Source of the DNA: the human T2T-CHM13v2.0 reference genome, Homo sapiens
DNA: 64,000 nucleotides
NCBI RefSeq assembly: GCF_009914755.1
Contig: NC_060932.1
Reading direction: 5' to 3' (one strand)
Under the pieces are notes generated by a model. It searched no databases, had not been told where the DNA came from, and saw only the letters and a program-made list of their open reading frames with translations. The position numbers were made by a program, and so were the translations under genes. This document shows positions 16,317 to 29,895 of this stretch, in pieces (within the stretch, counting starts at the first letter, position 1; the number at the start of each line of letters is the position of its first letter).

Positions 16317-18582
16317 AACACATTTCTAAGTGTCTAAACTACAGTCTTCCTTAAAAAACAAGGGTAGTCTCTGTTGCAATAACTATTTTAGTTAAAAAAA
16401 TCAGGTACACAATACAAAATTAAGTGGTTTAAGGACTGAAACAAACTTGTCTGTTTAAATTCTTGGGGTTCCATAAGGAAAAACAGAGGTTTCTCCCCCA
16501 AAGGGAGTCTAGCACCTTCTCCATTTTCTTTAAGGAGTTTCTTTAAGGAACTCCACACTATTTATAAATAATATAAACTATTTTAGGTCCCCCGTGCAGC
16601 AGAGGGTGCAAGAGAAAGGAGAGACAGCAGAAGTAAATGAAGAAACTAGAATTGAGTCAACTGAGAAGAAAAAAACCTTTGTTCAAAAAAAAGACAAGGT
16701 TCTAAGAGAGGAAAAAAACAAAAACAAAAACATGAAGGTCCTTTAAAAACAAACACATACACACATTTTGGATGTTAACTTTAATTTATCTGACTTTCAA
16801 CCATTGAGCTCCTTTAAAAAAAAAGTTTTAAAATCTCATTACCATATTGCAGCTAGGACAAATTGCTGCTATTTCAGAAGTACCAAGTATCAAACCAGAA
16901 AGGACTTGATTTAGGAACCAAACCCAGCTGTCATGCTGGAAAAAAAAAAAAAAGGAAGGCAGAACCCTAGGCATTGAACTGCACTGTGGGGTAACAGCCA
17001 TTGCTTTCAGTTTGGCCTGGCTAGCAAAAAGTGGTCTTGTTATGTAAATAAAGCCCCTTAAGTAATGAAAATCAAAAATCAATCTTTTTTTTTTTTTTTT
17101 TTTGGTGGGAATTTAGCCACTTCAGAGGCCTTGTTCCCCATAATTTGAAACTTTCCTTCAGATTTGATCAAGTCAGATAGAATTGGTCAAACCCAATGGG
17201 AAAAAGACTGAAACAACAAAAACAGAAACAAACAACAAAACAACAAAGAGCAAAGCAAAACAAACAATTGCACAACTTATATCATTACTGAGTGCTCTAA
17301 CAGTAAGCAGAAATTAAGACCAGCTGGCTGTTAATTTTAACTTTAGCCAAGACAAACCTCAATTCAGTTACTTACCTAGGGATGGATCTCAGGCTGAAGA
17401 CTGCTCTCCACCATCCTAGAAGCAGGAAAAAAAACCTCATCTTCCCTGTTGGAAGTGAGCTCAAACTCCATAAAGGAGTTACCTGCCTCCCATCATCATA
17501 GAAGCAGGAAAAAACTTGCCTGTCTTGTGTTGGAAACAAGTAAAACTCCAAAAAAAGGGGGGGTGGTGGGAGTTGTACAGCATAAACATTAAATCTCAAC
17601 CAAATTTTGGGAGATCAGGGATTTTTTGGAGGGGGTGCTTCCAGGCCTCAGTAAATTGCCCTATTGGTTTGAGCCATAAAGATAACTCAAGCTGGTACTA
17701 AGCACTCATAGGAGATTTTTTCAAAGGTCAGAGGCACCTCCACTCAGAATCCCTTTGTGATTACCAAAATATGAACCCAGAAAATCTGAGACAAGTTTCA
17801 GTTAATTTAGAAAGTTTATTTTGCCAAGGTTGAGGACACACGCCCATGACACAGCCTCAGGAGGTCCTGACATGTGCCCAAGGTGGTCAGACCACAGTTT
17901 GGTTTTCTACATTTTAGGGAGATATGAGACATCAATCAACATATGTAAGATAAACATTGGCTCAGTCTGGAAAGGCGGGACAACTCAAAGTGGGGCAGGG
18001 GCTTCCAGGTCATAGGTAGATAAGAGACAAATGGTTGCATTCTTTTGAGTTTCTGATTAGCCTCTCCAAAGAAGGGAATCAGATATACATTTATCTCAAT
18101 GAGCAGAGGGGTGACTTTGAATAGGAGACAGGGAGGGGCTCATTCCATAGGCCCCTCCCCACCGAACTTGAAAAATCCTCACCTCTGAATTTTAGGGGAG
18201 GCTGATTTAAGTAATAACTGCTCTAAGCAGTTCTCAGCTTGACTTTTCCCTTTAGCTTAGTGATTTGGGAGCCCCAGTGTATTTTCCTTTCACATAATCA
18301 ATTTACAGAACAAGAAAAAAGAGAAAGAGAGGTGACCTATAGCTGGAGAAGTGGAAGCTGCAGCTGCATGCTGCACGGTTATGCCACACAGCCACATTTC
18401 CTTCTAGGCTCAACGTCATTTCTAGGGTTCCAAAAATTGATGATGTTCATTCATTTTTTACACCCCTCTGTGAAGGCCCCAGTACTGGCCCAGACTGGCC
18501 AGGTACCCCACGGTGCAGAGGGATATGCAGCGGCTCCCCACAGGCCTGGCTTGGGCCACATCCATCAGCAGGCAGACCATGG

Positions 18583-19572
<990 letters not shown>

Positions 19573-21299
19573 GTAGGGCTGACTGGCACATGAGAGTGGT
19601 GGGACTGAGAGGCCTGGGAGCCTCCACCCTGCAGGGTCTGCTGATTGGTATCAAACCAAATAAACCACAAGGTCGGGGGAAGCTGCAGGGGAGGAGCAGC
19701 AGGAAGGACACTGTTCTGTGGCCCAGCCCAGAGCACCCCCACATGGTGTCCATGGCCATTCTAGTGTACCCTGACCTCTCACACTACTCCAACCCTCACA
19801 GCACACCTGCTGCCCTCCTGGGGTGCTGGCCTCCCTTCAGGGAAGGGGAGATTCTGGGCTTACAAAGACCAGGACAATGGCCAGAGGAAAGATGTGACAG
19901 GCCCTGGCTCCCTCCCTGCTGATGTCTTCCCTCTGCAGCCAGACTCCAGCCACTCCTTGCTAAGGGTCCAGCCTGATTCTGCTGAGCAAGGAATGTTTGT
20001 GAGGCTCCCAGGCTGGAGGCCAATGTGGTCCCTGTGTCTTGGTGGGATCCTGTCACCCTACCCCCAGGGCTACCCCAGAACAGGCAATTCAAAGAAGAGG
20101 GCTGTACCCAGGGCTCAGGAGCACAGACTCCCACCAGCCCTCCTCAGCTGGCAGAGCCCACCTGACCTCCCTGGCTGGCTCAGCTCTCACTGGGCATCTG
20201 GAGTCCTCCCCACCCCAGAGTCAGGCACAGCCAGTGCAGGTGCCACCTGCTTAATGCTGTCCTGCCCAGGCGCCCTGCCCAAGCCCCCAGCCACTCCCCA
20301 GCTCAAGGGTCAAGGGGCACAGCCTCCTGGGTGCTGATTTGCTGCAGCCAAGAGCCTTGAGCTGCCCCAGGCCCTCCTCAGTGAAGATGAGGCCAAGAGC
20401 AAGCAGAAGACCTAGGCCTCCCAACTAAGTGCCTCTCTCAGCAGAGAGCTGCACTTCTGGAGGTCAGCTGCGGAAGCTCCTTGCCCTGCCAGCCTCGGGG
20501 TCCCTTCTGAGGCTCTGCCTGCCCCAAGGTGGCTTTGAGGAGGCCTCCCCTGCTCAGCCTCCTATGGCGGCTTCAAGGGCTTCTTGAGCCACAGCTGGAA
20601 CCATGGGGGCTGCCCTCAGGTGACCACCCCCAGGCTGGATCCCTCTCTGCCTTTGCATGCCCCCTTGAGATGGGTCCTAGTAGTGCCAGTTCTCCTTCCC
20701 CAGCAAGGGCTGCTCCAGGTTACTGCCCACACAGAGACCCTGGGGACCAGCACTGACTTCAGAGGTGGCACCATTCAATGTCCTCTAGTGGTGACCTTGC
20801 TGTGACCGCTGGCCTGGGGCCCCTGAAGAGCTGACACCCCACAGACACCATGTGTTAGGCACTGTGTGAAGGTTGGGCCCTGCAGAGTGGCCCCACACGA
20901 ATCAGACATTCTTGAGAGTGAAAGGGGTGTTATTAGCAATTGTTCCAGGACAACAGGTGCCACCAGGACTGCCCAGGGAAAGCAGGACACAGCAGCACCC
21001 TAGGCACATCCACCTCAGCACAGCAGGAGGCTGGCAGACACAGCCAAGGCAGATGTCTCCAGAGGCCAAGAAAAGCGGGGAATCACAGGCAACAGGCAGG
21101 GGAAGGGATGCAGTGAGATCCCAGGCTGTGGAGTAAAACGGCTCCGGACTCCAAACTGTGTCCCTGACCATCCCTGCTGCTCCTGAGCCTCAACTGCTCA
21201 TCTGTACAATGGGGATGGCACTAGTGACCAGCCAGGTGTCAGGAAGATTAGATAAGTGCCACAGAATGTGGACAGCACAGGTCCCACTAAGCGCGTTCT

Positions 21300-22420
21300 G
21301 CCTCCTGTCTTCTTGGGTCCTCTCTTCCTCCTTTGCTGCTTTTACACTGGGTATTTTCCAATGTAGCGTTTTAATTTAATGATTTTTTCACTCTATTTTC
21401 TAAATTATTTCTTTAGTGGTTGTTCTAGGGATCACCATTTACATTTTATCAGAATCTACTGTGGATCTGCGCTAATTCTACCTTCTTAATCTCCATTTGA
21501 GGCAATATTGGCTCACCCCTTCCTTTAGTTTTACCACCTTTAGTTCTTCAATCATGTCCTTTAGTTCTCAGACCATATTTATGATGGCCACTTTGAAACC
21601 TTTTTCTTTTAAATCCAGCATCTTACTCTACATAGGTAGTTTCTATTACCTGCCTTTTTCCCCAGTGTATAGGCCATACTTTCCTGTTTCTTTGCATGCC
21701 TCATAATTATCTGTTGAAGAGTGGACATCTTAGGTAACCTATTGTAGCAATTCTGGATACTAGCCAACCCAATCTCAGACTATTTTCCTACTTTCTTTGC
21801 TTAGTGACCAGCTAGACTATTTTAGTGGCATCCATTTCCCACCCCACATCCCAGAGCCTCTGACTGCATCTCAGTTTTTCTCCTCAGGAGCACAGCCTAG
21901 GTTATGCCCTCAGTCACCCTGGATGACAGTGGTTTGAAAGTGTTGCAAAGCTCTTTGTTGTTTTCCCTGACCACATCCAGCTGTTAAGCTCCACTAATGA
22001 TCAGCTGATTGTTCTGTTTAAACTGCTTCACAGGTTAATCCAATCAAATTTGGGCTCCTTTGAAGGGATAGTTCCTGAAGTTAGTGTTTGTGATACTTTT
22101 ACCAGCCAGACTATATTTTTGGCATATATCTCCAATAAATCTACTGATTTACCACAGTTGCCTTTCTCCATCACTTCCACTGTTTTTGAGAGCACCCTTA
22201 GGCTTGAACTTCACATCCTTACAAATGAAGTCAGTTCCTGTGGGGAGGAATGTGGAGCTCTCTGTTCTATGGCCTGCTTCTCCAGTGGCTCTGCCGTTTG
22301 GGGTGGGGACAACGCTGTATCTCCCCAACTTTGGGAGCTGAGCGTTTGGTGGGAGGGGAATCAGCAATACCAGGTGTTCTGGGCTTGCCTCTCAGTGTAG
22401 ACTCCCCACTCTACAGGTGA
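21300..22420 (-). mobile_element. Old L1 (L1M-type) fragments; MIR fragment just upstream (~21150-21270)
   Basis: T-rich degenerate L1-like sequence; MIR core ctcatctgtacaatgggg. Confidence 0.5.
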
Positions 22421-22957
22421 AGCCCACTAAGAGTTGTTGCCTGCCTCCATCCCTCACACCCACAGCTCACCTCATAAATCTATCTTGTGCCCAGCACTGC
22501 CATGAGGCAGAAGTTCTCCAACATTATGTCTCTGTGGAAGCCTCTGGGGAGGGCTTAGGAATTGCCAACTCCTCTAGTGAAGTCACTGCCACATCCGCGC
22601 AGCACACAGAACTTCACGGACCTGAAGCAGGCTGGAAACTCTGCTCTCTCCTTACAGAAACTGGAGGAGCTCAGACATAATTGCTGGAGAGGGCATGAAG
22701 GCACAAGGCCTGGGCTGACTTGCACTGCTAGATGAGTCCTATACTCACTCACCCATCCTCTACAATCATGCTACCCAGACCCCTTGTAACTAGTTGTACT
22801 CATATGACTGGGACCTGGCTCGAGGGACAGGAGCAGAAGTGGTGTGCTTTCTGGAGGCAGACACAGTGGTGGGGAGGCAGACACAGTGGTGGGGATTAGA
22901 GCAGGTGTCCTGTAACATCTTCAACCCTGTGGCTCCCTTCATGAAATACACATGGCA

Positions 22958-23372
22958 TGTCTTGGTCTGTTTGCATGGTTATAAAGTAACACCTGAGGCT
23001 GAGTAATTTATAAAGAAAAGAGGTTTATTTGGCTCACAGTTCTGCAGGCTGTACAAGCAGCATGGTGCCAGCATTTGCTTCTGGTGGGGGCTTCAGGGAG
23101 CTTCCACTCATGACGGAAGGCAAAGGGCAGCAGCATCACATAGCAAGAGCAGGAGGAAGAAGGGAGGGAGGTGCCACCAGGCTCTTTTTAACAAACAGTT
23201 CTCACAGAAACTAATCAAGTGAGAACTCACTTGTTACCACAAAGATGGCACCAGGCTATTCATGAAGGATCCATCCCGATAACAGGAACATTTCCCACCA
23301 GGCCCCACCTTCAACACTGGGGATCAAATTTCCATATAAGATTAGAAAGGGACAAACATCCAAACTGTATCA
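22958..23372 (-). mobile_element. MST (MaLR) solo LTR with 5-bp TSD TGGCA
   Basis: MST consensus; TGGCA at 22953-22957 and 23373-23377. Confidence 0.9.
23024..23029 (-). terminator. Candidate JRK polyadenylation signal (AATAAA) supplied by an MST LTR
   Basis: tttatt on + strand inside the minus-oriented MST LTR at its normal poly(A) signal position; consistent with a long JRK 3' UTR. Confidence 0.5.
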
Positions 23373-23761
23373 TGGCAGAAGGAGCCTGGCTCTGCCAGAC
23401 AGTTGAGCTGTTTCATTAGCCCTGATTTCCCTTCTCAACTAGTATGTGTGCAAGCACTGAACTGCTATCTTGCGTACACAACTCCAGGGTCCCTCTGTTA
23501 TTGGCGCTGGGTAGGGTATGGTGGGAATCCTCCAGGCCCTGGCCATGAGGTGCTCCGTATTTATTGCCTCTGTCCGGGTCATGGTGGGCAGGTGGGTCTG
23601 CCTCCCCTTCTGGACCAGGTGAACCTTAACAATAGGTGCATGTTTTACTCATTCCAAGTCCCCCAGGGGCCTGGCCCATGACTGGCACTGAGGAGTTAGG
23701 GGCAATGGCAGAACTGCCTGGACCTGAAGCAGGCTGGAACCTCTGTTCTCTCCTTACTGCC

Positions 23762-24285
23762 TGTCTCAGTCAGTTTTGATTGCGATAACAAAATACCACA
23801 GGCTAGGTGTCTTAAACAACATAAATTAATTTTTCACAGATCTGGGGACTGAAAGTCCAATATCAAAGGCACTGGCAGTCTGGTGTCGGCTGAAGGCTTT
23901 CTCATTTGCAGATGGCAATTTTCTATTTTATTTCCTTTTTTTTTTTTTTTAGCAATAAGGTCTTATCATGCCTAGGCTGGTCTCGAACTCCTGGACTCAT
24001 GCAATCCTAATGCCTTGGCCTTCCAGTGCTGGGATTACAGGCGTGAGCCACTGCACCCAGCTTGAAGATGGCAGTTTTCTTGTATGCTCACACAGCACAA
24101 AGTGACCTCGCTCTAGTTCCTTCCTTTTCTTATAAGGACTCGATCTCATCGGCGAGCCCCACCCTCACGATCTCACCTAAGCCTAGTCACCTCCCAAAGG
24201 CCCCACCTCCTAATACCACCCTCCTGGGGGTCAGGGTTTCAACATATAAACTTTGGGGGGGGACACAAACATGCAGTCCTTAACA
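23762..24285 (-). mobile_element. MLT1A-like LTR containing an Alu monomer (~23930-24062)
   Basis: tgtctcagtc...gggacacaaacatgcagtccttaaca. Confidence 0.75.
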
Positions 24286-24398
24286 CCATCGTCATGGAGA
24301 TGGAGGCCACAGACCTACCAACACCCATAACCTCAAGGGCACTGGTGGGGACAGAGGGGTCTTACCCAGCACTGCCATGTGGCAGAAGTTCTCCAACA

Positions 24399-24488
24399 TT
24401 ATGTCTCTGTAGAGGCCTCCAGGCAGCACTTAGGAATTGCCAACTCCTCTGGTGAGGTCACTACCACATCCTCAAGGCCCACAGTCTC
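24399..24488 (-). CDS. JRK: JRK alternative 3' coding exon (ETVGLEDVVVTSPEELAIPKCCLEASTET*), giving a 556-aa isoform when spliced from the internal donor at 30022
   Basis: Donor CAG|GTGAGG after codon 527 (exon end 30022); acceptor ctgttgtttcag|GAG at 24488, in frame; TAA at 24399-24401; 527+29=556 aa matches my recollection of the second JRK isoform. Confidence 0.85.
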   Translation of the reverse strand, partial: ETVGLEDVVVTSPEELAIPKCCLEASTET

Positions 24489-25944
24489 CTGAAACAACAG
24501 AACTTTGCTGCTTCATGGAGGAGCGTCAGTATGTCCACACCATAGGGGTGTAGTCACTTCCCTCTGCCAGGGAGAATGGTGGAGGAAGAATGGATTCCTA
24601 GTGTATTTTTTCTCTTCAGAACTGACAGCCCATCAAGGTACAATGAAATAGAAAAAAGGCTGGCCAGGTGCCAAGTCCCAGCTCAAGCCTGGCAGCTCCT
24701 CCCACTGAGCCTCATGGTCACCCCAGAGGACAGGCCTTCCTTTCACACACATCAGAAATAGGGAACCCAAGACCTCGAGAGAGGAAATGGGCCCAGGGAC
24801 ATGCCTTGGCTTGGGGTGGCTTAGGACCAGGGCAAGACGCCTGACCCCAGAGCAGACCATGCTGACACTGGGCAACACATTCCCTGCTCTGGACCTCAGT
24901 TCCTTTGGCTACTAAGGAGGCCCAACGATCCTCGCCTGTGTGGGACGGGGCTACCTGCAGACATAGAGGGCCTTTGAGCACCTCGTAGCTTGCTTCCCAG
25001 CCAGCCTGGGTGTGGAAATGGCCGTGCTGACAGGCTCTCTGCGATAGGGCCCAGCCATGGCCAGTGGGCCTCCCACAATCTGCCCCTGGGTGCAGGGCCT
25101 TGAGCAGGGAGGCCATCGTGCTGCCTAAGAGACCAGGACCCAGCAGGGGCCATACCCAGATTCAGAGGCTCAGGACCACCACGGAACTGAAAGGAGGTTC
25201 AAGGCCTCAAACAAGAGTGGCCCCTAAAACAGTTGGTAAAGGAGTGTTTTCACCTCTGTTTACAGTTGAGTGCACTGCTCAAGGTCATGCAGCTGGTGAA
25301 CAGCAGGGAGTGAGCAGTGGAGAACGTGAGGCTGGTCATTAGGAGCAGGTAGCCCTGGGTCTCCCTCTGCCCTCAGCAACTTCACACCTGCCCCTCCCTG
25401 GGCCCCAGTCTCATCCCTAAACAGGAGTGACCCCACCTCATTTCATGTCATCATCACTGCCCTGCAAGGGAAACAACAGATGTGCAAGGTCTGAGGGTCC
25501 ATGTGTGGAAGCAGAGGCCAGAGCTGACACCACATGGGCAAAGGAGTGGGCGTGTGGGGCTGGGAGCTGGGGCTCATGTGGGAGGCTGGTGGCTGCCATG
25601 GCTGCAGCTCCTGGCCCTGCGGACAGCCAGGCCTGGGGTCTACAAGAGCTGGGCAGGGAAGAGGACAAACAAGGTCTCACAGGTCCATTCTCCCCAGCCT
25701 CCCAGTAGGCAGCTGAGTCCAACGCAGTGCCCGAGAGCTCAGCCCTTGTCAAGGAGAGTCCTCGAACCCAGAGGGGGCTGGGTAAGCAGCAGAAGTGCAG
25801 AAGCCCTGCCCAGGCCCTGCCTCCCAGGCCACCACCCACCCCTCACGGCTGCCACACCCACCAGCCCATGACTGTCCACATCCTGACCCCTACCTACCTC
25901 ATGACCTCCCCGACCCTGATCTCCACACCTGACCCCAAAGCACA

Positions 25945-26243
25945 TTTTGTTATTTTTTGTTTTTAGAGATTAGGTCTCTCACTCTGTCACCCAGGCTGGA
26001 GTGCAGAGGCCATAACTCACTGCAGCCTCAAACTCCTGGGCTTGGGGATCCTCCCGCCTCGGCCTCCTGAGTAGCTGGGGTTACAGGCACATGCCACCAC
26101 ACCTGGCTCATTTTCTTTTACTTTCTGTAGAGATGGGGTCTCCCTATGTTGCCCAGGCTGGTTTCAAACTCCTGAACTAAAGTGATCCTCCTGCCGTGGC
26201 CTTCCAGAGTACTGGGATTTCAGGCAGAAGCCACCACACCCGG
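25945..26243 (-). mobile_element. AluJ-like
   Basis: Alu consensus. Confidence 0.88.
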
Positions 26244-28421
26244 ATCCCCAATAAGCACATTTATGTGGGGCGTGAGGTGAGGTCCCTGAGGTGCAGTGTG
26301 GACGGGTCTTGATTTGTCCCAAGTTGTCGCTGCCCTGTGCCACAGCCTCCCAAGAATGGATGCAGTCTACACCTTCTGCAAACCCCTGCCTCAAACCGTG
26401 TCCCTCCACAAGCACATCCAGCCACTGGGACCCTGAACCTCCTCCAAATGGACTTTAACTGGGGACAACTGATGACAGTCCTCCAACCCCAGCGAGCTGG
26501 GGAAGCCGTGGGCAGGGGCTGCGACTTCCTTTCTTCCAATCAACTCCACCACTAGCAATCAATCACTTGGCCCACTGGATAAGAACAGTGGCCTGCGACG
26601 TCAGGGGCAGTCCAGGTGCTCTCCATCGCATGCTCAGCCATGGCTGAGCACGAATGAAGCATATGGAAGTCACGCACAGACAGGCCCAGGGCAAGGTCTG
26701 CTCTAGACCCTCCTATGCAGGAGACAGACAACTTCCAGGACAGCGTGCCTGGGGTGCTCGCAGAAGGCCAGGCTGGCACAGGCAGGACAGGTGTTCTGTA
26801 AACCAACCCCAACGTAGAAGGGGCTGAAAGACCACCTACCCATCCTAACCCCTGAATTCACCATGCCACCCTGAAAGTATGGCCTCTCCTGGGCATCCCG
26901 AGGGATGGGAGCTCCCAGAGTGGAGGCTGCCTGTCCCGAGTGAGGACACAGGAGCGCCCTCAGGCCTGAGCACTCAGGGGTGCCACCCCAAAGATGAAGG
27001 CAGTGGTGGAAAGAGGTTCTATTAGCAGGCTGGAAGCAGCCACAGAGGTCCCAAACCATATGACGCAGCACCTGCTACCCCACGAGCCACTGGAAAACTG
27101 AGGCTGCAACTTGCAGGGGCACTGTGAGAAGACAGGGAGTGGCTCCAGCCTGGTGCTCACAGATAAAACGCGGAGGCATTTAAACAGGACCAGAGACTTT
27201 CTCGCTCTGCTCTGGCAAGCTCCAGGGCTTCCCAGGGGCCTCAGCAGCCCCAGAAACAGAGTGAAGAGACACAGCCTCACAGAGCTGTGCTGTGGTGTCT
27301 GGTACAGCGGGGCTCCACCTGAGAGGGCTTGGGGAAAAAGATTCTGAGGCTAAAACATTCAACCACTTGAGCTTCTGAGACGGGTCAGGAAGTGAAAACA
27401 AAGTGCTCGGAGGACACGGCAGTCTCCATAAAGCGTTCTGGGGGACAGGACCGAGGCAAGAGGTATGCACCAGGCAGCTGGGCCCAGCAGCTCAGAGATG
27501 AGTACGCTCTGGGCTCCCTAAAAACCTCACTCCAGCAGCGAGCCCAGGTGAGGAGGGGCTGCAGGAGGAGCAGGGCCCGAGTCCCCTGGGTGGCACAAGG
27601 GATTCCAGCCACAAGGGCTGCACCTAGAGTCAGGCTCCAGGCCTTGCTGCAGTTGGTCTGGAAGAGGGGCACCCTGAGGACACAGCCACTCACTGGGGAC
27701 AAGCGCCTACCCATCAGCCCAGCACAGTCAGCACAAGAGCAGATCAAGAACGGGAAGAGCTCAGGTCCTGAAGAGCTACAGTCTGACAGGGACAAGCCAT
27801 GTCCAGAGGACTCAGGAGAGCCAGCCAGGAGCTCGGCCAGCTGGCCTGCCCATGCCCTCCCCAGCTCCACCCACCCAGGATGTCCTACTGTTTCAGAGCC
27901 CTCGGGACATGTTCTAACCTCCTGTGTTGCCTCAAGCAGCTGCAATCCAGCAGTCTTGGTTAAGAGGCTCTATTAGGAGTGACACGTGAGCCCAGAAATG
28001 GCACAAAGTACATGATGTGCAGAAGTTCCCCAGACAATGAAGCAAACAGTGCGGGTGACACCACAAAGACAATGGGACACAAATGGGAACTGGGACTGTC
28101 GTTCAGCACCGAGATCTTTAAAAACTATTTGGCTTTTATAATCTTCACACATGCATTCAAAGCAAGAAACACACACTTCCAGGACATAGATAGGGCTCTG
28201 TCAGCAATGACTTTTGCCCCTGTATCTACAGAGATGTGAAAGTACGAGAAACCACAGCGAGCCAAATCCTCTCCTTCATGAGAACAGAGGTTTCAGTGGA
28301 ATCAACAGCAGACGCTGGAATGCAAACTACGTGCTGACTCGGCCAAATGATATGAATTTAAGAGAGGAAAAGAATTCAAGGGCAAAGCACTGAAAATAAC
28401 ATAGCAAGAAAAACCTATTTA

Positions 28422-28710
28422 GGCCGAGTGCTGTGGCTCACACCTGTAATCCCAGCACTTTAGAAGGATGAGGAAGGAGGATCGCTTGAGGCCAAGAGTT
28501 CAAGACCAGCCTGGGCAACACAGTGAGACCCTGTCTCTACAAAAAAAATAAAAAGGCGCGGTGGTGCGTGCCTCTAGTCCCAGCTACTCAGGAGGCTGGG
28601 GCGGGAGGATCACTCAAGCCAGGGAGGTCGAGGCTGCAGTGAGCTGGGATCACACCACTTCACTCCAGCCTGGTCAACAGAGTGAGACCCTGCCTCAAGA
28701 AAAGAAAAGG
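28422..28710 (+). mobile_element. AluJ-like
   Basis: Alu consensus. Confidence 0.9.
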
Positions 28711-29895
28711 ACAATGCACCTATTTTATGCTCGCTGAAAGACGAGGCTAATCACTGTGGACACAGGGCGTTCTGGAATCTCAGCTGCAGGCAGTGAGTGT
28801 TGCCCGTGAAATGGAGATGCCGCAAAGCAACTACAGACATGGAGAAAATAACCACATCCTCTTACAACCGCCTCTGTGAAAACTGACCAGGACAGACAAC
28901 TCCTCCCCAAAAGTATTACTAACGTGCTAACAGCTGGGGATAAGAGCACACATACTGCTAGAAATCTAAGCAGCCTGTTTTACTGTTTTCAGTGACTTAC
29001 GTGCAAACCTAAGACTAATCTCTGAATGTCTGATCAAGACGTATTCATGTAAAGGCCATAAGTATGAAATTCTGGGCAACATGGTACATTGGACTCTGAG
29101 CCAAAATGCCAAAATACCACACAGGGTCCGTGTCCTCTATCCGGGTGATGAGCAGGGCCTGGTCAGCCACTCCTACTTTCTTCCCAGAAAGGAACTCTAC
29201 CAAGTCAACTCTCCGTGGGGCCCCCCAACATCTTGGGGCCAGAGCCCATGGGACAGGATCTGCGGGTAACAGAGGATGGTTCCAGAGTCATTCTGCTGAA
29301 TGAGGCCACAACTGAAGTGAGATGTGCGGCCTGTTCAGCCGCTAGCAGGCCAAGAACTGAGTCCCAGCTCTCGGGCCATCGGACCTCAGGCAACCGTGCT
29401 CGGGGTCCACCCAACACGGGGATGGCCGCCAGCCCAGCAGATAGAGCCTTCTGAGACGAAGCCTGTCCAGGGGCGGTGGGCATGGCCTCCTGTCGGCCTG
29501 GAGGGCAACTTCTCTCCACGTGGACAGACTGACATCTCCACCCTCTGATACTGCAATGATCAGCCAGCGAACACGAGACCAGATCGGCTCAGCCTGGCCC
29601 CCATTCCAGCCAGGGTGCGGCTCTGGCTTGTTCTAGGCTAGGGTGGACCCTTCCAAAACATTTCCTCACTTTCGGATGACACGGCAAGTGATAAAATAAA
29701 ACCTGTATTGACAGGAACCTCGGGCACAGACCGTCCTGGGCACCCGAGCCACACCCGTGGGCGACCCACTCCTGGAAGGGCTCTTGAGTGTCTGCACATG
29801 CCCTCCTGCCTCAGGTGGGGTCGGGGCACAGGACCATGCCACTCCAGGGTGTGGGGAGAAACAGGGCCAGTGGCCAGGGCAGGGCAGAGAAGCCA

